Below the pieces are notes generated by a model. That model saw nothing but the letters and a program-made list of their open reading frames with translations. It ran no database searches and was not told the origin of the DNA. From Bdellovibrionales bacterium (GTDB lineage: Bacteria > Bdellovibrionota > UBA1018 > CAIMNF01): a DNA stretch of 64,000 bases. The position numbers and the translations under genes were made by a program. How positions within the stretch are numbered: position 1 is the stretch's first letter; every line of letters starts with the position of its first letter. Below, one piece after another: positions 19,023 to 27,977 of this stretch. The DNA lies in NCBI GenBank assembly GCA_018266375.1, contig JAFEAO010000006.1:222930-286929 (forward strand), read 5' to 3'.

Positions 19023-19862
19023 ATGAATAGTCGCGCGATGACACTCTCATTATTCATGGCCGGTGTGGCGGTGTTCTTTGTCATGAGTTCGGTCTCCAGC
19101 ATCGAAGACGAAGCCAAAAAAAAGTTCGGCGACGACGTCACGGTCCTGGTCGCGAAGAACGACATCAAAGAGATGGACTCGATCTTGGACGGGATGATCG
19201 AACCGCGCGTGGTCCCACGTCGTTTCGTCGAGCCGTCGGCGATCGCGTTCAACACCCTCGTCAAAGAAGACTCCCATGACTACGCGATGGAAACCAAGCG
19301 CATCATCGGTAACGTCGCGATCGTCCCGATCAAAAAGGGCGAGCAGCTGTCATTGAATAAAATCACCGAACCAAGTATGCGTACGGGTCTTGCGCCACAG
19401 GTGAGCCCCGGCAAACGTGCGATCTCCGTCAATGTCGATGAAACCTCGGGCGTCGCCAAGCTCATTAAGCCAGGCGACCGCGTGGATATCATCGCGGTGA
19501 TCGATCCGGGCAACGCGGTCGGTGGCCGCGACAACAAGGTCGCGAAGACGCTTTTCCAGGACATTGTTGTATTGGCGGTCGGACGCAATATTACCAACAA
19601 CCTCGCGCGTAAGATCGAACTTGACGCGATCACTGGCAAGGCCAAAGTCCGCTCGCTTACCGAGTTCGACGGATTTAGTTCCGTCACCTTGGAAGTGGAT
19701 CCGAATCAGGCTCAACTCTTGGCTGCGATCACGACGAGCAATATGAACCGTTTGGTGTTTACTCTACGGAACAACGACGATACCGACCGCACGAACTTGA
19801 TGTCCGTGCGTGCCGTTGATGCTTTGAGCGACGGATTGCGTATCCCGGCAGGAGGCAGATAA
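19023..19862 (+). CDS. cpaB: Flp pilus assembly protein CpaB/RcpC
   Basis: N-terminal TM anchor, then SAF/CpaB domain (IAVIDPGNAVGGRDNKVAKTLFQDIVVLAVG). Start MNSRAM at 19023 with an AAGGAAGG Shine-Dalgarno. Confidence 0.8.
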   Translation: MNSRAMTLSLFMAGVAVFFVMSSVSSIEDEAKKKFGDDVTVLVAKNDIKEMDSILDGMIEPRVVPRRFVEPSAIAFNTLVKEDSHDYAMETKRIIGNVAIVPIKKGEQLSLNKITEPSMRTGLAPQVSPGKRAISVNVDETSGVAKLIKPGDRVDIIAVIDPGNAVGGRDNKVAKTLFQDIVVLAVGRNITNNLARKIELDAITGKAKVRSLTEFDGFSSVTLEVDPNQAQLLAAITTSNMNRLVFTLRNNDDTDRTNLMSVRAVDALSDGLRIPAGGR

Positions 19863-21568
19863 TGAGAAACTTGCCGCTTTACCTCATCCCGAGCTTTATC
19901 GTTGCGTCGTTAGTTCTCGTGGGTGGCAAAGCTCACGCGCAAGAAGCGGGGGTACCGACAGTTGAAGCTGCGCCGACAACGGAGTCGGGTGAAGCCGAAA
20001 AGGGTGACGTCACTAAACCAAAGTCCCGCCGCAAAGTCGTCGAAACGAGAACCGGCGCGTCTAGATACACGAATGACCAAACCGAGCGCGAAGCCGATCA
20101 TCGTCCGGAGCTGGTTGCCGTTGGTGTCGATAAACTCATCGACATCGATCCGGCAATTAAGATCGGTGATCGCCAGGGTTCGATCTGGGAATCGAATAAA
20201 AACGTCGCATTGGTGCAGCTGGTGTCGGTCGGTAACAGGAAGCAGCTCATCTTGAAAGGCGTCGGCGAAGGCTCGGCGAACATTTTCATCCGGGATCAAG
20301 CGGGCAACGTCAAAATCGTGATCGACGTCACCGTCGCCAAGCAAAATATCATTAAGTACTACGAGCGCCTCAAAGAGAAGCTTAAGGAAGTCGAAGGTAT
20401 CACGATCGCGATCGAAGACCAAAAGGTCGTCATTCGCGGTGAAGTGTATACTGTGAACGATTACGGCACGATCGTCAACGAGATCGCCGAGAAGACCTAC
20501 GGGGATGCGGTGATCAACAAGGCGACGATCTCGACCGTATCTCTAAACCTGCTTGCTAAGAAAATCGCCGAAGACGTGCAAGTCTTCGCTCCGACCGTGA
20601 CCGCGACCGCATTGAACGGCCGTGTGATCATGGGCGGTTCGGTCGAGAGTGCCGCGGTTCGTGACCGTGCTCTCAAGCGCGCCGAGTATTACATTCCGGT
20701 GATTCGCGTGAGCGATCCGGTGGCATCGGCAACTAACATCGAAAAGAACGAGAAATCGCTCCAAATCATTCAAAACGACATTCAAGTCAATCCTCCTCCG
20801 CCGAAACGTGATTCGAAGCTCGTACGCCTGAGCCTTTACTTCGTGGAGTTGAGTAAGGACTTTTTGAAATCTTTTGGTTTCAAATGGCAGCCGGGATTTA
20901 CCGCGGATCCACAGATCTCGATCGGGAGCGCGACGGATGGGACGACATCGACCAGCAGCTCGGGCGGTTTTACCTTTTCGGGAACGCTTTCGAGTCTCTT
21001 CCCGGCGTTGAACGCGCCGCCTTCGAACGCGGGCTACGGCCGGATTTTGAAACAAGCCAATATTATCGTGAAGAGCGAGCAACAAGGTACGATTCGGGAC
21101 GAGCAAACCATTCCGACTCAACAGCTCGGTCCAAACGGAACCGTCGGCGCGGGTACCCCCGTCACGGTCGGCTTTTTGGCGATCATCACCCCGACCATCC
21201 TGCAAGGCCAGGACGTTGACCTCAACATCAATTTGACCCAGACTAACGCGCTTGCAAAGCAGCTGAACAATCAACCGTATACCGCAACTCACAAAGTTGA
21301 AACGCGTTTGTATCTCAAGTCAGGCGAAGTGGCAGCAGTCGCGGCGGTCAATAACCAGGACGTTTCGACGTCGTTTAACCGCGATGATCCGAACGCCGGA
21401 AGCTTCGGCGCGAGCACGAAGCCGCTCTTTACTTTGCAACGTTCAAAAAGTTCGTCGAACAAGCGCGGACAGTTCGTCGTGTTCGTTTCGCCGCAAATTA
21501 TCGATAGCGCGTCGGAAGGAACGGAAGATCTCAAAAAGAACTTCCGCATGCCGACCTCAACAAGATAG
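19862..21568 (+). CDS. cpaC: Flp pilus secretin CpaC/RcpA
   Basis: Signal peptide. N-domain repeats. C-terminal secretin domain (KPLFTLQRSKSSSNKRGQFVVFVSPQII). Confidence 0.85.
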   Translation: MRNLPLYLIPSFIVASLVLVGGKAHAQEAGVPTVEAAPTTESGEAEKGDVTKPKSRRKVVETRTGASRYTNDQTEREADHRPELVAVGVDKLIDIDPAIKIGDRQGSIWESNKNVALVQLVSVGNRKQLILKGVGEGSANIFIRDQAGNVKIVIDVTVAKQNIIKYYERLKEKLKEVEGITIAIEDQKVVIRGEVYTVNDYGTIVNEIAEKTYGDAVINKATISTVSLNLLAKKIAEDVQVFAPTVTATALNGRVIMGGSVESAAVRDRALKRAEYYIPVIRVSDPVASATNIEKNEKSLQIIQNDIQVNPPPPKRDSKLVRLSLYFVELSKDFLKSFGFKWQPGFTADPQISIGSATDGTTSTSSSGGFTFSGTLSSLFPALNAPPSNAGYGRILKQANIIVKSEQQGTIRDEQTIPTQQLGPNGTVGAGTPVTVGFLAIITPTILQGQDVDLNINLTQTNALAKQLNNQPYTATHKVETRLYLKSGEVAAVAAVNNQDVSTSFNRDDPNAGSFGASTKPLFTLQRSKSSSNKRGQFVVFVSPQIIDSASEGTEDLKKNFRMPTSTR

Positions 21569-21584
21569 TGGGAAGAAGGGTTAG

Positions 21585-23744
21585 ATGGGTCACATTATCG
21601 CGATCGTCGGAGGCAAAGGTGGAGTCGGGAAGAGCGTATTCGCCGCTAACATGGCGATTGCGTATCAACTCAACTTCAAGCAGCGCTCTCTGATTGTAGA
21701 TCTGGATTTCCAATCCTTGGGCGATCAAAACATCATTTTAGGCATGAACCCGCCTAAGAACATCGTCGATTTGACCAAGACTCAGGTCCCTCAGTGGGAT
21801 CCGAAGACGCTTGCGCCTTTCATGATGAACCATCAGCAGGGGTTCAGCTTCATCGGCGCGCCTCGCGAGGCGGCCGTCGCTAAAGACATCGACCTTGACG
21901 GCCTCGGAAAGTTCTTCAAAGCAGCGACTCAGATTTTTCCGTGGGTGATCGTGGACTGCGGCAGCGGTACCGAGCCTCATGCGTTGAAAGCGCTCGAGCA
22001 AGCGACGTTGATCTTCGTCGTGACCACACCGGATGTGATCGTGGTCAATCAAACCCGCCGGATTATGTCGAAGATCCAGGAACTCCTGTTTCCGCCGGAA
22101 ATGATTCAAATCATCATCAACCGTTACTCGCAAACCAACTTGATTAACCCGCAGATGATCCAAAAGAACTTGGGTAAAAGCCCGTTCTTCGCGATCCCGG
22201 AAGAAGCCGCGACCTGCGAGGCGTCCCTCGCGAAGAGTCAGCCGTTTACCATCGCTAACCCGGGCGCGCCGATCTCGCGCGCGTTCTCCGACCTTGTCCG
22301 CCGCATCGATCAAGCCAAGATGCTCGAACAATTGGCGAAGCTCAACAAACCGACCGGTACCGCAAAGAAGCTCGAAGTCATTCAAGGTGGAGCGAGTGCC
22401 AGCATTATGCCTGCCCCAACCGACGGTGGAATCATTTCGCGCTCGCGTTCGGCTCCGGTCGATCCATGGACCGCGATGAAGTTACGCGTGCACCGCGCGC
22501 TTATCGACGTCGTCGACATGAAGAAGATGAACGCCGATATGAACGATCCTCGTCAGAAGGACGTCTTGCGCGCGAAGACCACGAAAGCGATCGTCGACGT
22601 TCTGAATAAAGAAGATTTGGCTCAGTTGTGCCCGACGCGCGAACACCGCGCTCAACTCGTCAAAGAGATCTTGGATGAAGCCTTGGGCTTAGGACCGCTC
22701 GAAGATTTGCTCGCCGACGATACCGTGACCGAGATCATGGTCAATGCGCGCGACCAGATTTACGTCGAGCAAGGCGGCCGCCCCGGCCTCTCGAAAGTAA
22801 CCTTTACCAGCGAACAGCAAATGATGAACGTGATCGAACGGATCGTGACTCCGCTCGGGCGCCGCGTGGATGAAAAAACTCCGTACGTCGACGCTCGTTT
22901 GCAAGACGGTTCGCGGGTGCACGTGATCATTCCGCCACTCGCGCTCCGAGGCCCGACGATTACGATTCGTAAGTTCCCTAAAAAACGGATCGTAGCGACC
23001 GACCTCGTGAAGTTCGGTTCGATGACTCAGGAGATTTCGGATTTTCTCCGTGCCTGCGTCGAAGCCAAGCTCAACATGATCGTGTCGGGTGGTACCGGTT
23101 CAGGTAAAACCACTTTGCTGAATGTATTGTCGAACCATATTCCCGCGAACGAACGGATTATCACCGTCGAGGACGCGGCCGAATTGCAGCTCGGCCAGGA
23201 CCACGTCGTGCGTCTGGAGACTCGTCCGAAAAACATCGAAGGCGAGGGTGAAGTTTCGATTCGTGATTTGATTAAGTCGTGTTTGCGGATGCGTCCTGAC
23301 CGGATTGTGGTCGGTGAGTGTCGGGGCGGCGAAGCCCTCGACATGTTGCAAGCGATGAACACCGGTCACTCGGGGTCGCTCACTACCGTCCATGCCAACA
23401 ACCCACGCGAGTCGCTTGGCCGCCTTGAGACGCTCGTGATGATGGCGGGTTTGGGTCTTCCGCTAAAAGCGATTCGCGAGACGATCGCGTCCGCGGTTAA
23501 CGTAGTCGTGCAACAATCACGTTTGGCGGATGGATCGCGTAAGGTGACCCATATTTCGGAAGTCGTCGGTATTCAAGGCGACACAATCACGCTTCAAGAT
23601 ATTTTCGTGTTCAAGCAAGAAGGTTTGGATAAAAACCGTAAGATCATCGGCCGTTTCGTGCCGACGGGTTTCATCCCAAAATTTATCGAAGAGATGGAAG
23701 CAAAGGGCATGAAGGTCTCACGCGGCCTCTTCGTGGCCAAGTAA
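21585..23744 (+). CDS. Fused TadZ/CpaE-like (ParA/MinD-type) ATPase and TadA/CpaF secretion ATPase
   Basis: N-terminal deviant Walker A IVGGKGGVGKS (ParA/MinD fold, about 260 aa). The C-terminus is a full CpaF/VirB11-type ATPase: Walker A GGTGSGKTT, Asp box, Walker B, His box (GECRGGEALDMLQAMNTGHSGSLTTVHAN). One continuous 719-aa ORF. Confidence 0.85.
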   Translation: MGHIIAIVGGKGGVGKSVFAANMAIAYQLNFKQRSLIVDLDFQSLGDQNIILGMNPPKNIVDLTKTQVPQWDPKTLAPFMMNHQQGFSFIGAPREAAVAKDIDLDGLGKFFKAATQIFPWVIVDCGSGTEPHALKALEQATLIFVVTTPDVIVVNQTRRIMSKIQELLFPPEMIQIIINRYSQTNLINPQMIQKNLGKSPFFAIPEEAATCEASLAKSQPFTIANPGAPISRAFSDLVRRIDQAKMLEQLAKLNKPTGTAKKLEVIQGGASASIMPAPTDGGIISRSRSAPVDPWTAMKLRVHRALIDVVDMKKMNADMNDPRQKDVLRAKTTKAIVDVLNKEDLAQLCPTREHRAQLVKEILDEALGLGPLEDLLADDTVTEIMVNARDQIYVEQGGRPGLSKVTFTSEQQMMNVIERIVTPLGRRVDEKTPYVDARLQDGSRVHVIIPPLALRGPTITIRKFPKKRIVATDLVKFGSMTQEISDFLRACVEAKLNMIVSGGTGSGKTTLLNVLSNHIPANERIITVEDAAELQLGQDHVVRLETRPKNIEGEGEVSIRDLIKSCLRMRPDRIVVGECRGGEALDMLQAMNTGHSGSLTTVHANNPRESLGRLETLVMMAGLGLPLKAIRETIASAVNVVVQQSRLADGSRKVTHISEVVGIQGDTITLQDIFVFKQEGLDKNRKIIGRFVPTGFIPKFIEEMEAKGMKVSRGLFVAK

Positions 23745-23768
23745 TCCGTCCAAAATTTCGCATTACGC

Positions 23769-24635
23769 TCAACTTTTGTCTTCCACGTCTTGCACTTCGA
23801 TCAAGTAGCAGTAAAGATCGCTACGGTTACAGAGTTGGAACGGATAGTAATGATAGCCTTTCTCGCCGCAATCCGTGCCCCAGCTGTTCTTCACGATGAA
23901 GTAACCGCCACCCGCGATGCTGTTGTCGAGTTTGTAACCCACGGCTTCGATCACGTGCTGGCCGCTGGTGTAACCCGAAGTCGCGCTGATGTCGGTCTTA
24001 CAGTTCGCGAGATCGCTTGGCACTTGAATCGCGAGTACGAGAGGCCTTTTATCCCGTCCCATCGCTTGAAGAGCCGGTTTCCAATCGTATTCGAACTCCT
24101 TGTACTGAGTAATTCGGAGGGTCGCGAAGTCCTTATAGTTAGAAGCGCGGCTACCGTTGATCGGCCAGTATTTTTCTTCGGTAATGTAGTTCTTCTTGGC
24201 CGCATCGACCGCGTACCAGGCGTCGTAGACCCCGTAGGTATCCCACAAATGGCGTTCCGAAACGTTTTTGTCGATGCCTTTTGATTTTAGGACGTTGTCC
24301 ATCGCCGCTGCAGTGGCGAACGTCGAGCAGGTCCCGCCGAATTGAGAGACGACCGGCCCGTCGAATTGCCTCATATCCAAGTTATCCGGAATGCCGAGTT
24401 CGATCCCGAGCTTGCTGCTGCCGATACCGCCGCCGACGACCGGAGTGGCTGTTGGAGCCGGAGTCGCGGATGATCTTGGAGTAGGCGTGGGAGACGCTTG
24501 CGGTGACGAGTTCGGGGTCGGACTCGCGGTAGGGTTCGTCGGGTCAAATCCCGCCGGCAATTCGCACGCTGTGAGCAAAAATATGGAGGCGAGGAAGAGA
24601 GATATGTCTCGTCGATAACGTCCTTGTCGCTGCAT
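23769..24635 (-). CDS. Lipoprotein papain-like (C1-family) cysteine peptidase
   Basis: Lipobox LLTAC. Pro/Thr/Ser-rich linker. Catalytic Cys (GGTCSTFATAAAMD), His (SGQHVIEAVGY) and Asn/Trp (IVKNSWGTDCGEKGY) regions. Confidence 0.7.
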   Translation of the reverse strand: MQRQGRYRRDISLFLASIFLLTACELPAGFDPTNPTASPTPNSSPQASPTPTPRSSATPAPTATPVVGGGIGSSKLGIELGIPDNLDMRQFDGPVVSQFGGTCSTFATAAAMDNVLKSKGIDKNVSERHLWDTYGVYDAWYAVDAAKKNYITEEKYWPINGSRASNYKDFATLRITQYKEFEYDWKPALQAMGRDKRPLVLAIQVPSDLANCKTDISATSGYTSGQHVIEAVGYKLDNSIAGGGYFIVKNSWGTDCGEKGYHYYPFQLCNRSDLYCYLIEVQDVEDKS

Positions 24636-24910
24636 TTAAAACTCCTTGATGAATTTTTTTCATATCCCTATGAAAAAATTAAACATCATTTGTAGAATAA
24701 ATGTGTGCGTGAGGGAGTTCTATGTTTTTTGATCTAAGACATCGAGTCAAAAGGTTGGCAATTCCACCAGTAGAAGGAAGTTTCTAATTTTTATATACAA
24801 TTTGTGTAAAAAATAAATATTAAAACCTTACTCGGAATTAAAAATTTCGCACGCACCGCACAAAAACGCTGAATCCTTCCTGTTTTTAAATCATCGTTAT
24901 AGAATAGTAA

Positions 24911-25789
24911 GTGATGAACTTCGCAGCTCCGCACTGGCTACTTGCGATCGTGGTATTTATCTCCGCGCTTTTGGTAGCCTACCAATTTTCGGGCCGTATC
25001 TTGGATTGGATTCGCTTCCAATCCATCGGCACGCGCGACTACATCGCCGACAAGTTGCAGTTGATGATGATGGACATCCCGCCTGAACGGATTTTGATCG
25101 GGCAGGTGAGCTTAAGTCTGGGCTTAGGGATGCTGGTGTTCCTCCTGTGTTTGCCGAATTTCGCGGTAGGCGGCATTTTCGGCGTGATTTCGATGTTAAT
25201 CGGGTGGATTCTTCCTCGACCGATCATCGATATCATGTACGGCAGCCGGTGCACTAAGTTTGTCGAGCAGATGGTCGACGGCTTGGGCCTCATGTCTAAC
25301 GGCATGCGCTCGGGACTTTCGGTCGTGCAAGCGATGGGTCTCGTCGCGCAAGAGATGCCGAATCCGATTCAGCAGGAGTTCAATCTGATTTTGAGTCAGA
25401 ACAAACTCGGCGTTTCTCTCGAAGAGGCTTTCTTGAATCTTTCTCGCCGGGTTGTCGCCGACGAGGTCGAGATGTTCGTGACGTCCGTAAATATTTTGAA
25501 AGAAACCGGCGGTAATTTGGCGGAGACGTTCGATACGATCACGACCTTGATTCGCGAGCGGATCAAGGTTGAAGGAAAAATCAAAGCAATGACCGCCCAG
25601 GCTTTCTGGCAGGGCATTATCTTGATGTGCGTACCTCCGTTTATGGCGACCGTACTCAGTCAGTCCGATCCTGAACTCATGCGTCCGATGTTTACGCACC
25701 CGCTCGGTTGGGTGATTTTGACGGTGGTTGTGATCCTCGAGGTCGCGGCGTTTTTTATGATTCGGAAAGTTACAAAAATCGACGTATAA
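24911..25789 (+). CDS. tadB: Flp pilus assembly protein TadB (T2SS F domain)
   Basis: GspF-like domain flanked by TM helices. Preceded by a 275-bp AT-rich divergent promoter region. Confidence 0.8.
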   Translation: MMNFAAPHWLLAIVVFISALLVAYQFSGRILDWIRFQSIGTRDYIADKLQLMMMDIPPERILIGQVSLSLGLGMLVFLLCLPNFAVGGIFGVISMLIGWILPRPIIDIMYGSRCTKFVEQMVDGLGLMSNGMRSGLSVVQAMGLVAQEMPNPIQQEFNLILSQNKLGVSLEEAFLNLSRRVVADEVEMFVTSVNILKETGGNLAETFDTITTLIRERIKVEGKIKAMTAQAFWQGIILMCVPPFMATVLSQSDPELMRPMFTHPLGWVILTVVVILEVAAFFMIRKVTKIDV

Positions 25790-25867
25790 TCAATAGTGTA
25801 AGTTTAAAGTCGGCAGTTCAGACTTCGGTAGTGATACTACAGCAGTTTCGCTTCAGAGGAGAGAATC

Positions 25868-27556
25868 ATGAAGATTCTATTGGCATTGGGTGTATTAACT
25901 TCGATTTCAACCGCCTATGCGCGCGCGGATGTGAGTCTGCGTAACGGTAACTTTTACGTTACTTTCCGCGATATTTCTTATCCTGGCGGGATCGAACCCA
26001 AGTTCGAACGTGTTTATAACTCCAAATCCGATTTTCACGGTATCTTCGGCTTCGGTTGGGGAACCGAGTATGAAACCTCGCTTGCGATCGATTCCGACGG
26101 CAGTATCGTCGTCAACGAGTACGGCGGCGGGGCTGAAAACCGTTTTACGTCGAAGAATGCCAAGCCCGCTGATCTTGAAAAGGGCGTGAATGATCTCGTC
26201 GAAGCCGCGAAAAAGAGCGGTGTCGTGACAACGAAAGCCCAGATCGACGATTTTAGAACTCATTTGAAAACCGATTTTGAATTCCGTTCGAGACAATACG
26301 GCATTTACTCGAATAAAGGTCTCGTCGCCAAGAAAGCGGTCCGGGAAGGGACGCAGTTTACTTCGACCCGCTATCTGTACCAGTACATCACTAAGGTCAA
26401 AGGCGGTTACGTCCGCGTGATGGAAGGCGGCGTGATTCAAAAATTCAACGAGGCGGGCAGACTCGTTCAGATCATGGATCGTAACAAAAACTTCGTGAAC
26501 TTCAGTTACGATAAGGGCAATAGACTGGTGCAGCTCGTGGACAACCAGAACCGCAAAATGATCCTAAGCTACAATACCCAGGGCTTGGTCGAGAAAATTG
26601 TCGGCGAGAGCGGTAAAAATACGGCTTACAAATACACTAAAGAAGGTCTTCTGAGTTATTGCAGGGACGATGTCGGCGAAGAGAATACTTTTGCTTACAC
26701 GACGGACGCCTACCGGAACTTGTCCGAGATCGGTTATCCGAAAGAGAAAGACTCTAAGGGTAAGCCCAAAAAGATGTCCATCTCTTACTACGGCTCGGAT
26801 AAAAACACCGGCGTAAAATCGGTGACCAATCCGGATGGAAGCGTGAACGAATACGAATATTACAAGGACCCGAAAAATCCGGACTACTACGGAGTGCGCG
26901 TGTTCCTGAAAGATTCTTCGGGCGCGCGGATCAGCGACGCAAAATATGAATACTTTTCAAAACCTCGTCCGGGCGGCGAGGTCTTTACCCAAAAGATGAT
27001 TTCAACCGTCGATGGCGACAAAACTGAAACCTATTACGACTTGAAAACCGGATTTCCGGCTAAAGTCGTGAACGGCACTCGCGTGACGACGATGGCGTAC
27101 GACGTAAAAGGCCGTCTTGTTAAAAAGGTCACCCCGATCGAAACCACCGAGCTCAGTTACGATGCTAAAGTAGGGAAGGTCAATAAAGTCGTACGCAAGC
27201 TAAAGAGCGGAACCGTGCTCTGGAGCCAGTTCGAATACGAGGCATCGACCGGCAACTTATCTCTCGCCAAAAATAACGAAAAGAAGCAAGTGAAGTTGAT
27301 CCACGACACCGCCGGAAATATCCGCGCGCTTATCGATCAGAGCGGCCGCAAACTTACGTTTAAGTACAACGAGCTTTCAAAGCCGGTTGAGATCTCGGAT
27401 GCGAAGCTCGGTACCGTGAAGGTGATGTATAAAAACAGTGGCGAAGTCGATAAGATCGAGAGTAACGGCGGCAGTAACGTCGCGACCGAGGTCATGCGAG
27501 CGCTTCAGGGTTTGCTTGATATCACTGCTCCGGCGGGTGTGAGTTTAGGTTTGTAA
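25868..27556 (+). CDS. Secreted YD/RHS-repeat protein
   Basis: Signal peptide MKILLALGVLTSISTAYARA. Several YD repeats (NFVNFSYDKGNRLVQLVDNQNRKMILSYNTQGLVEKIV, MAYDVKGRLVKKV, LSYDAKVGKVNKV). No toxin tail. Confidence 0.6.
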   Translation: MKILLALGVLTSISTAYARADVSLRNGNFYVTFRDISYPGGIEPKFERVYNSKSDFHGIFGFGWGTEYETSLAIDSDGSIVVNEYGGGAENRFTSKNAKPADLEKGVNDLVEAAKKSGVVTTKAQIDDFRTHLKTDFEFRSRQYGIYSNKGLVAKKAVREGTQFTSTRYLYQYITKVKGGYVRVMEGGVIQKFNEAGRLVQIMDRNKNFVNFSYDKGNRLVQLVDNQNRKMILSYNTQGLVEKIVGESGKNTAYKYTKEGLLSYCRDDVGEENTFAYTTDAYRNLSEIGYPKEKDSKGKPKKMSISYYGSDKNTGVKSVTNPDGSVNEYEYYKDPKNPDYYGVRVFLKDSSGARISDAKYEYFSKPRPGGEVFTQKMISTVDGDKTETYYDLKTGFPAKVVNGTRVTTMAYDVKGRLVKKVTPIETTELSYDAKVGKVNKVVRKLKSGTVLWSQFEYEASTGNLSLAKNNEKKQVKLIHDTAGNIRALIDQSGRKLTFKYNELSKPVEISDAKLGTVKVMYKNSGEVDKIESNGGSNVATEVMRALQGLLDITAPAGVSLGL

Positions 27557-27632
27557 GTGTTTGTTTTTAAATGATATTAATTTAATAAACTCAAAATTAC
27601 ATTTGAGATACACTAGTCAGGAGAGGTTCTGG

Positions 27633-27884
27633 ATGAAAACCGTAAGTATTTTAAGTCTTTTGATTCTCGCCGTCGTTACTGAAGTTCGCGCCGAGATGAC
27701 CACCAGCCAGACCAACGCTAACGAGCCTTACTATTGCGAACCCTGTAAGAAGTGGATTTTCCCGAAACTGGGCTCAAAGAACGACGCCGTCGCGCCCACG
27801 GCCGTCGTCGAGGACGCGGTAGCTCCGGGTGAGGTTCGTAAGGCCAACGATGCGGTCGATCCTCCTGCTTCTGGGACGCATTAA
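27633..27884 (+). CDS. Small secreted protein (83 aa) with an Ala/Val/Asp/Pro repeat tail
   Basis: MKTVSILSLLILAVVTEVRA signal peptide with an AGGAGAGG Shine-Dalgarno. C-terminal imperfect repeats (NDAVAPTAVVEDAVAPGEV...NDAVDPPA) encoded by near-direct DNA repeats. Confidence 0.45.
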   Translation: MKTVSILSLLILAVVTEVRAEMTTSQTNANEPYYCEPCKKWIFPKLGSKNDAVAPTAVVEDAVAPGEVRKANDAVDPPASGTH

Positions 27885-27977
27885 TCGCCTATCATTCGAC
27901 CTAATCCATAGCATTATCCCCAAGTAGTATTTCCATTGAGTTGCGCGCCGCTTCCGGTGTAAATTAGGAAACAATTC

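Noticed and set aside
19910-23393. Internal and antisense ORFs across the cpaC and cpaE-cpaF genes (e.g. 19910-20422 on the minus strand, 21738-22385 on the minus strand)
   Set aside because: The sense frames carry unmistakable secretin and ATPase motifs, so these are shadow ORFs.
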